NCBI GenBank assembly: GCA_039591655.1
Contig: JBDHDE010000008.1
Location: forward strand, 1-64,000
Direction of reading: 5' to 3'
Source of the DNA: Gemmatimonadota bacterium
GTDB lineage: Bacteria; Gemmatimonadota; Gemmatimonadetes; Gemmatimonadales; GWC2-71-9
DNA: 64,000 nucleotides
The notes under the pieces were generated by a model. It was not told the origin of the DNA. It worked only from the letters and a program-made list of their open reading frames with translations, and made no database searches. Position 1 is the first letter of the stretch. Every line of letters begins with the position of its first letter. Below, piece by piece: positions 57,270-64,000 of the stretch. The translations under genes were made by a program, and so were the position numbers.

Positions 57270-58652
57270 ATGCACCTTTATGCCCCGGACGATCCCCGGC
57301 CCATCCATTTCATGGGGATAGCGGGCGCCGGTATGAGCGCTTTGGCGCTCATCGCCTTGCGCCGCGGGGTGCCAGTCACCGGATGCGATATCTACCCAGG
57401 TGGTGCCGACGAGTTGGCACACATGGGTGCCGAGATAGAGACGGGGCATGATGTGAGCCACGTAAGTGGCTCTCGTGCAATAGTTTACACAGCTGCGGTG
57501 GCGGCAGACCATGCCGAGCTGGAGGCGGCCCGCGGCGCCGGCATCCCGGTCATGGGGCGGGCGGACGCCCTGCGAGGATTGGTGGACGGGGCGACCCTCG
57601 TCGCGGTGGCTGGGACCCACGGCAAGACCACGACCGCAGCCATGGTGAGCGAGGCGCTGGTGGCAGCCGGTAAGGATCCCACCGCTCTCGTGGGTGGCAG
57701 GGTGGCCGCGTGGGGCGGCAACGCCCGGGTCGGCGCGAGCGAGTTGTTCGTCGTCGAGGCGGATGAGTACGACCGCGCGCTGCTCAAGCTCGAGCCCACC
57801 GTCGCTCTGGTGGGCAACGTAGAGGCCGAGCACCTGGAGTGCTATGAGGGTTCGGTGGATGCCTTGGAGAGCGTGTTCGCGGAGTTCGCCGACCGGGCGC
57901 AGCGCGCCATCGTGGGTGTGGACGATGCCGGGGCGAACCGGCTGGCGCGGTTGCTGGAAGCGCCGGTGTGGCGCGTGGGGCTCGCCGAGGGTGCCGACAT
58001 CCGGCTGACGGATGTGCGGCGGGAGCAGGGAGCGAGCCGCGCGACGCTGACGCTGCCCGGCGGTGAGCGCCATGCGCTCACGGTGCGGCTCCCGGGCCTG
58101 CACAATCTGCGCAACGCGGCCATGGCTGTCGGCGCGGTGCTGGCGGTGGGGGCCGAAGTGAAGACCGCGCTACAGGGACTCGCGGCGTTCGAGGGTGTGG
58201 GCCGTCGGTTCGAGGTGCTGGGCACGGTGCGGGGGGTGACAGTGGTGGACGATTACGCGCACCATCCATCGGAGGTCGCTGCGACGCTCGGAGCGGCGCG
58301 GCAGCGGTATCCGTCGGCGCGATTGGTGGCAGCGTTCCAACCGCACCTCTACTCACGCACGAGGCTCCTGGGCGATGCCATGGGGATCGCGTTGGCGATG
58401 GCGGATCTGGCGTTGGTCACCGACGTGTACCCGGCGCGCGAGCGGCCCATCCCCGGTGTGAACGGTCGGATCGTAGCCCGCGCGGCGGAGCGCGCCGGTA
58501 CGAGCGTGGAGTGGGTGCCCGAGCGGGCGCAGCTCGCCGAGCGACTGGAGGCGGTGGTCGCTGACGGCGATGTGGTGCTGACGCTGGGCGCCGGCGACAT
58601 CACCGAGGTGGGGCGGGATCTGCTGCAGCGCCTCGCAGGGGTCGCGGCATGA
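57270..58652 (+). CDS. murC: MurC ligase
   Basis: GIAGAGMS, AGTHGKTTT, EADEYD, GVGRRF, DDYAHHP, FQPHLYSRT. Confidence 0.96.
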   Translation: MHLYAPDDPRPIHFMGIAGAGMSALALIALRRGVPVTGCDIYPGGADELAHMGAEIETGHDVSHVSGSRAIVYTAAVAADHAELEAARGAGIPVMGRADALRGLVDGATLVAVAGTHGKTTTAAMVSEALVAAGKDPTALVGGRVAAWGGNARVGASELFVVEADEYDRALLKLEPTVALVGNVEAEHLECYEGSVDALESVFAEFADRAQRAIVGVDDAGANRLARLLEAPVWRVGLAEGADIRLTDVRREQGASRATLTLPGGERHALTVRLPGLHNLRNAAMAVGAVLAVGAEVKTALQGLAAFEGVGRRFEVLGTVRGVTVVDDYAHHPSEVAATLGAARQRYPSARLVAAFQPHLYSRTRLLGDAMGIALAMADLALVTDVYPARERPIPGVNGRIVARAAERAGTSVEWVPERAQLAERLEAVVADGDVVLTLGAGDITEVGRDLLQRLAGVAA

Positions 58653-59329
58653 GACGCCGGCTGGCAGTGTGGGGTGCCGGACTGGTCCTGGTGGGAGCGG
58701 CTACGGCCCTCGCCCCCCGTGCCCTGCGGTACGTGACGTTCTTCCAGGTGCGGCAGGTGGAGCTGGTGGGGCTGAGGTACCTGGCGCCCGAGCGGGTGTT
58801 GCGGGAGCTGCCACTTGCGCAGAATCGACATCTGTTCGATCCGACCGACGACGTGGAGCGCAGCGCGGCGGCGATCCCGGGCGTGGTGGACGTGGAGGTG
58901 GAGCGACGGCTCCCCGGCACGCTGCGCCTGGTGTTCACCGAGCGGTTGCCGGTGGCGTTTGCGCCCAACGAGGCGGGACTGCTGCCGCTGGACGCCCGAG
59001 GGCGTCCGCTGCCGTACGATCCAGCGGTGACGGGCTTCGATCTTCCGATCGTGCCGCGGCCGGACTCGGTCCTGGTGCGCACCCTGGCGCAGGTCAGGGC
59101 CGCTGACTCGGTGCTGTTCCAGCACGTGGACGCCGTGCGCCGCGGCGCCGGCGAGACGGTGATTCTCGAACTCGGAGCTAGGCGGGTGCTGTTGCGGGCG
59201 ATTCCGACAAGAGCGGATATCCGGGCGGTGGAGGCGGTGCGCCGGCACCTGGTGCGCGAAGGTCTGGCCTACGACGCCCTGGATGCCCGCTTCGAAGGCC
59301 GAGTGTTCGTGCGCCGGAGCAGCGGATGA
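58649..59329 (+). CDS. ftsQ: Cell division protein FtsQ/DivIB
   Basis: N-terminal TM, POTRA-like (F.V..V...G, RRLPGTL....ER.P.A), C-terminal DARF; between murC and ftsA. Confidence 0.85.
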   Translation: MRRRLAVWGAGLVLVGAATALAPRALRYVTFFQVRQVELVGLRYLAPERVLRELPLAQNRHLFDPTDDVERSAAAIPGVVDVEVERRLPGTLRLVFTERLPVAFAPNEAGLLPLDARGRPLPYDPAVTGFDLPIVPRPDSVLVRTLAQVRAADSVLFQHVDAVRRGAGETVILELGARRVLLRAIPTRADIRAVEAVRRHLVREGLAYDALDARFEGRVFVRRSSG

Positions 59330-60558
59330 AGCGCGAAGCACTGGTGGGCGCACTTGACCTGGGCAGCACGAAGACCTGCGCCGTCATTGCGGAGGCGATG
59401 GGGGACGGGAAGGCGCCGCGCACCCGGGTCCTGGGTGTGGGGATGGCGAAGTCCACCGGGGTGAAGCACGGTGTGGTGCGGGACATCGAGGAGACAACCG
59501 CGTCCATCATGCAGGCGATGCGCGACGCGGAGCGGATGGCGGGAGTGCGGGTCCCGGCGGTGTACTGCGGCGTGGCCGCAGAGAACATCTCGTGGCAGAT
59601 GGAGACGGGTCTGGCGTCGGTCACCGGTGAGGAGATTCGGCGGCGGGACACCGACCGGGTGGATGAGGTGGCACGGGCGGTGAGCCTGGGGGATGGCTAC
59701 GAGTTGCTACATTCCATTCCTCAGGAGTACAAGGTCGACAACCAGGGTGGTATCAGCGACCCGGTGGGCATGACCGGTCTCCGCCTCGAGGTGGAGATGT
59801 GTCTCATTGGCGTGCACAGCCAGGCGGCGCAGAACCTGGGGCGGTCGGTCAAGCGGGCGGGCTACGAGGTGGAGCAGTTGGTCCTGGAGCCCTTGGCGGC
59901 CGCGCTCGCCGTGCTGACCGAGGACGAGAAGGAGCTGGGGTGCGCCCTCGTGGAGCTAGGCGGGGATTCCACGACCGTGGCGGTCTTCCATGAGGGGAAG
60001 CTGCGTCACGTCGAGTTCCTGCCGTATGCTGGCGCCCGGATCACCAGCGATCTCGTGCAGGGGCTCAGCGTCACCCAGGCCGACGCCGAGCGCATCAAGG
60101 AGCGATGGGGCTCGGCGTACACGCCGGCCGTGAGCCCCGACGAGATGATCGAGCTACCGGGCACGCCGGGGCAGGGGGCGCGGGGCGCCAAGCGAGAGCT
60201 CGTTGCGCATATCATTCAGGAGCGCGTCGACGAGATCTTCGGGTTGGTGCTCGAGCGCATCGATGCCGCCGGCTTCGCCGGTCGGCTGCCCGCCGGTGTG
60301 ACCCTGACCGGCGGCGGAGCGCAGTTGGCGGGAGGGGTGGAGTTGGGGCGAGAGGTGTTCGCGATGCCGGTGCGGCGCGGCTCGCCGCAGGGAGGGATCT
60401 CCGGCTTGGTGGACAGCGTGCAGGCGCCGCGCTACGCGGTCCCGGTGGGCCTCGCCCTCTTCGGGTCCCGACTGCGCGCGCACGAGGGTGACTATGGAGG
60501 GACCGGCGCGGGGCGTTTCATCGGCCCCGTGAAGCGCTGGCTCCAGGACTTCTTCTAA
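59326..60558 (+). CDS. ftsA: Cell division protein FtsA
   Basis: LDLGSTK, PVGMTG.RLE, AERIK, LTGGGA, C-terminal amphipathic KRWLQDFF. Confidence 0.95.
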   Translation: MKREALVGALDLGSTKTCAVIAEAMGDGKAPRTRVLGVGMAKSTGVKHGVVRDIEETTASIMQAMRDAERMAGVRVPAVYCGVAAENISWQMETGLASVTGEEIRRRDTDRVDEVARAVSLGDGYELLHSIPQEYKVDNQGGISDPVGMTGLRLEVEMCLIGVHSQAAQNLGRSVKRAGYEVEQLVLEPLAAALAVLTEDEKELGCALVELGGDSTTVAVFHEGKLRHVEFLPYAGARITSDLVQGLSVTQADAERIKERWGSAYTPAVSPDEMIELPGTPGQGARGAKRELVAHIIQERVDEIFGLVLERIDAAGFAGRLPAGVTLTGGGAQLAGGVELGREVFAMPVRRGSPQGGISGLVDSVQAPRYAVPVGLALFGSRLRAHEGDYGGTGAGRFIGPVKRWLQDFF

Positions 60559-60579
60559 ACAGCCGCGAACGAGGAACCC

Positions 60580-61722
60580 ATGGTCTTCGAGCTCGAGGAA
60601 GCGGTTTCCAAGAACGCCAAAATGAAGGTCGGCGGAGTGGGCGGTGGCGGCGGCAACGCGGTCAACCGCATGATCGCCGAGCGACTCAGCGGGGTGGAGT
60701 TCATCTCGATCAACACCGATGCGCAGGCGTTGATGCACAACAACGCCGACGTGAAGGTCCAGATCGGCAAGAAGCTCACCCGCGGCCTCGGTGCTGGCGC
60801 CCGTCCCGAGATCGGCCGGCAAGCGATCGACGAAAACCGCGACGACGTGCTCCGCGTGCTCGACGGTGCGGATCTCGTGTTCGTCACCTGTGGGATGGGT
60901 GGGGGTACCGGGACCGGGGCCGCGCCCATCATCTCGCAGCTCTCCCGGGATGTGGGAGCGCTCACCGTTGGCATAGTGACGAAGCCGTTCCTGTTCGAGG
61001 GACGCAAGCGGATGCGCCAGGCAGAGATCGGCATCGCCGAGATGCGGAAGCACGTGGACACCATGATAGTGGTGCCCAACGAGCGGCTCCTGGCGGTCGT
61101 CGGCAAGAACGTGCCGTTCCAGGAGGCCCTGAAGAAGGCGGACGAGGTCCTGCTCCACGCCACCCAGGGCATCTCTACCCTCATCAGCGTGACCGGGCTC
61201 GTGAACGTGGACTTCGCCGACGTCCGCACTGTGATGCAGAACGGCGGCTCCGCGCTCATGGGCATGGGCATGGGACGCGGCGAGGATCGGGCGATCGAGG
61301 CCGCACAGCAGGCCATCACCAGCCCGCTGCTCGACAACGTCTCCATCGCTGGCTCCACCGGCGTGCTCGTGAACATCACCGGCGGTGAGGACATGACCCT
61401 CGGTGAGGTCAACCAGATCAGCGAGGTGATCCACGAAGCCGCCGGCGACCAGGCGGAGATCATCTTCGGTGCGGTGCACGAGGCGGCGATGGATGGCGAG
61501 ATACGGGTCACGGTGATCGCCACCGGCTTCGACCGCCAAGCGATGGAGAAGGAGGGCCCCTTCGCGCGCAGCGGGATGGCCGGGGTGCTGCCCTTCCCGC
61601 AGCGGGCGTCGCGGGCGCCGCGGCCGGCCTCCATGCCGTCACACAAGCCGGAACCGGGCCCAGAGGTACCCGAGGTCACGGAGATGGAGATCCCCACCTT
61701 CATTAGGCGCCAGATGGACTGA
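60580..61722 (+). CDS. ftsZ: Cell division protein FtsZ
   Basis: GVGGGGGNAV, GLGAG, GMGGGTGTG, NVDFAD, C-terminal EIPTFIRRQ. Confidence 0.98.
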   Translation: MVFELEEAVSKNAKMKVGGVGGGGGNAVNRMIAERLSGVEFISINTDAQALMHNNADVKVQIGKKLTRGLGAGARPEIGRQAIDENRDDVLRVLDGADLVFVTCGMGGGTGTGAAPIISQLSRDVGALTVGIVTKPFLFEGRKRMRQAEIGIAEMRKHVDTMIVVPNERLLAVVGKNVPFQEALKKADEVLLHATQGISTLISVTGLVNVDFADVRTVMQNGGSALMGMGMGRGEDRAIEAAQQAITSPLLDNVSIAGSTGVLVNITGGEDMTLGEVNQISEVIHEAAGDQAEIIFGAVHEAAMDGEIRVTVIATGFDRQAMEKEGPFARSGMAGVLPFPQRASRAPRPASMPSHKPEPGPEVPEVTEMEIPTFIRRQMD

Positions 61723-62990
61723 TGCGCCCCAAGGCGCTGCCGTACTTGGCCGTCGCCCTCGGGTTGGCGCTGACGCTGCTGTGGTCGGTCGGCGGGGCGT
61801 CGTTCCAGCGGCGCCTGCCCGTGGCGCAGCCCATCGTGGTGACCACCGCGTACGTAGAGCGCGCCGACACCCTCAGGCGCAACGAGTTCCCGCAGGCGCT
61901 CTTCGCCCGCCACAACATCACGGGTGGAGAGCTCGTGTCCGTGCTGGAGGCGGCCGAGGGCGTGAACTGGCGCCGCGTGCGGTCCGGCCAGGTCTTCCAG
62001 TTCCGCTACGCGCTCCACCAGCCCCACCCCGATCGGGTGATCATGCGGCTGGGCGATGAGCGCGTGCTCACCCTGCACCGCGACTCCGGCGGGGCGTGGC
62101 GTGGCGAGTCGAAGCCCATCGCGTGGTCGGTGGAAGTGCGGCGGGTCGCCGGGGTCATCGAGACCTCTCTGTGGGAGGCGCTGGACGTCTCCATCCCCGA
62201 CTCGGTGCTGTCGCCGCTGCAGCGTCCCGAGCTGCTGTGGGATCTGGCCGACGGCGTGTTCGGGTGGGTGATCGACTTCACCCGGGACAACTATGACGGC
62301 GACCACTTCGTGGTGCTGTACGAGCGCCTCACGTCGGCCCAGGGCGATGTGCGCTACGGGCGCGTGCTGGCGGCGCGGATCGAGAGCCGTGGGGTGGAGC
62401 ACTTCGCCTACGTTATGGCCGAGGAGGACGGTAGCAACGCCTACTACGATGCCGAGGGCCGCTCCCTGAAGCGAGCCTTCAGGCTCTATCCGGTGCCGTC
62501 GTTCAAGCACATCTCGTCGGGCTTCTCCCGCAGCCGGTTCCACCCTGTGCTCAAGACGCGGCGGCCGCACCTCGGCACCGACTACGCGGCGAGTCGCGGC
62601 ACGCCCATCGTGGCCACCGGTGACGGAGTGGTCTCCCATGCCGGCCGCTGGGGCGGTTACGGAATCATGGTGGCCCTACGTCACCCCAAGGACATCGAGA
62701 CCCGCTACGCGCACATGAGGAGCCTTGCCCCGGGCATCGCTCCGGGGGTCCGGGTCAGACAGGGGCAGATCATCGGCGAGGTCGGCATGAGCGGCCTGGC
62801 CAACGCACCCCACGTGCACTACGAGTTCCTGAAGAACGGTGCCCACGTGGATCCCCGCTCGGCAGCACGGTTCGGTCAGGGCGAGCCGGTGCCGCCGGAC
62901 CGCCGCGCGGAATTCGAGATCGCGCGCCTCTACTACGATCGCCTCCTCGTTCCCCGTCCCGCGAGCCCGCTCCCCGCGAGCAGCGACTGA
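61722..62990 (+). CDS. M23-family peptidoglycan endopeptidase (MepM-like)
   Basis: HLGTDYA (HxxxD), YAHM, PHVHYE (HxH); N-terminal TM/signal. Confidence 0.9.
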   Translation: MRPKALPYLAVALGLALTLLWSVGGASFQRRLPVAQPIVVTTAYVERADTLRRNEFPQALFARHNITGGELVSVLEAAEGVNWRRVRSGQVFQFRYALHQPHPDRVIMRLGDERVLTLHRDSGGAWRGESKPIAWSVEVRRVAGVIETSLWEALDVSIPDSVLSPLQRPELLWDLADGVFGWVIDFTRDNYDGDHFVVLYERLTSAQGDVRYGRVLAARIESRGVEHFAYVMAEEDGSNAYYDAEGRSLKRAFRLYPVPSFKHISSGFSRSRFHPVLKTRRPHLGTDYAASRGTPIVATGDGVVSHAGRWGGYGIMVALRHPKDIETRYAHMRSLAPGIAPGVRVRQGQIIGEVGMSGLANAPHVHYEFLKNGAHVDPRSAARFGQGEPVPPDRRAEFEIARLYYDRLLVPRPASPLPASSD

Positions 62991-63014
62991 CCCCCCTCGC
63001 GGGTATCATCAGCC

Positions 63015-63716
63015 GTGGACATCTATCCCGCGATCGATATCAAGGGTGGCTGCGTGGTGCGCGCATCCGGTGCACCGGGGGAGGCTGCCCGGGATCCGTT
63101 GGCCCAGGCGGAAGCATTCGCCGCCGATGGGGCGCGCTGGATCCACGTGGTGGACCTCGATCGGGCCCTCGGGACCGGAGGCGACAACGGTGAGTGGGTG
63201 CGCCGCGTGTGCGCGCTGCCCGGTGTGGCGGTGCAGGTGGGGGGCAACGTGCACACTGCCTCGTGGGCCCGGGAGGCGGTGGACATGGGGGCGGAGCGGG
63301 TGGTCTTCGGCACGACCGTGGCGAGTGAGGCGGAGCGCCTGGAGCAGCTGGTCGCGCTGGCGGGAAGCGCTCGTGCCGCCATCGCCCTGGATGTCCGCGA
63401 CGGAGTGCCCGGCAGCCGGGACGATCCGGCGCCCCTCGGGCTCACCGTAGCCGAGTTGCTGGCACGTGCCCGGGCTGCTGGAGTGCCGACGCTGCTGCAC
63501 CGGGATCTCCGGCGCGACGGTGCGCTAGCCGGGGCCAACCTGGCGGACGCGGCGGGGTTGGTGGAGCACGGGTTCGATGTCATCGCGGCCGGCGGCATAG
63601 CCGGCCTGGCGGAGCTCGAGGAAGCGCGCCGCCGGGGGCTCGCTGGAGTCATCGTGGGGCGGGCGCTCTACGAAGGGCGGTTCACGCTGCCGGAGGCCAT
63701 TGCGTGCTCGGCGTGA
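63015..63716 (+). CDS. hisA: HisA-like TIM-barrel isomerase (divergent)
   Basis: IYPAID, HVVDLD, QVGG, ALD, RDG, AGG, IVGRALY. Confidence 0.8.
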   Translation: MDIYPAIDIKGGCVVRASGAPGEAARDPLAQAEAFAADGARWIHVVDLDRALGTGGDNGEWVRRVCALPGVAVQVGGNVHTASWAREAVDMGAERVVFGTTVASEAERLEQLVALAGSARAAIALDVRDGVPGSRDDPAPLGLTVAELLARARAAGVPTLLHRDLRRDGALAGANLADAAGLVEHGFDVIAAGGIAGLAELEEARRRGLAGVIVGRALYEGRFTLPEAIACSA

Positions 63717-64000
63717 TCCTGGGGCTCGCTGTGGCGGCGGCGCTGGGGGGCTTCGTCTACCTGGGCAGGGAGCGCCTGGGTCCCGAGGGCTTGGGGCTCG
63801 CTGCCCTCCGCACGGTGGGACTGGGCGCGCTGGTGCTGCTGCTCTTCAATCCGGTGCAGACTGGCCGCACGACGGGTGGCCCTCCCACCGTGCTGCTGGA
63901 CGCCTCCCTCAGCATGGGTGCCGCGGGGGGGCCGTGGCAGGAGGCACTGGACTCGGCCCGGTCGTTGGCCGGCGCCCGGGGTCCACTCCTGCGGTTCGGC
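63704..64000 (+). CDS. Membrane protein with VWA-like MIDAS motif (5' part, truncated by window)
   Basis: GTG after GGAGG; two TMs, then VLLDASLSM (DxSxS); frame open to the window end. Confidence 0.7.
   Translation, partial: MLGVILGLAVAAALGGFVYLGRERLGPEGLGLAALRTVGLGALVLLLFNPVQTGRTTGGPPTVLLDASLSMGAAGGPWQEALDSARSLAGARGPLLRFG

Noticed and set aside
60555..62639. Long antisense and alternate-frame ORFs (this 694-aa one, 21071-22669, 27090-28727, 52362-54023 and others)
   Set aside because: Expected shadow ORFs in high-GC DNA opposite well-conserved genes; no recognisable motifs.

Overview
High-GC bacterial chromosomal window, most likely Gemmatimonadota (inferred from gene order and protein character; not checked by search). 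No prophage, IS, integrase, rRNA or CRISPR array was found. Order: partial hypothetical gene, class I fumarase, a radical SAM gene plus a small peptide ORF and terminator, a small membrane protein, a Ser/Thr kinase, and a minus-strand YtrA/GntR-ABC operon with a clear promoter and operator. Everything from 10.6 kb onward is on the + strand: terB-like, tilS, ftsH, folP, dacA, DUF2723-like, yggS, divIVA, PNP, ileS (type 2, GIHH motif), dksA/traR-like, lspA, rluD, then a ~17 kb signalling cluster, a zincin-like peptidase, tRNA-Val, a hypothetical gene, tRNA-Asp, the dcw cluster (rsmH to ftsZ), an M23 peptidase, a hisA-like gene and a partial VWA gene. The most notable element is 26287-43390. It is a CheA/Y/C/D/R/B/3xW chemosensory set with no chemoreceptor in the window, wrapped around an MglA GTPase with three roadblock-domain partners, TPR scaffolds, two DUF4388-like proteins with MshEN-type c-di-GMP motifs (one intact, one degenerate), and a protein of two tandem DnaA-type AAA+ modules lacking DnaA's DNA-binding domain. 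This is a candidate polarity or cell-cycle signalling system. All calls come from motif reading; no database searches were run.
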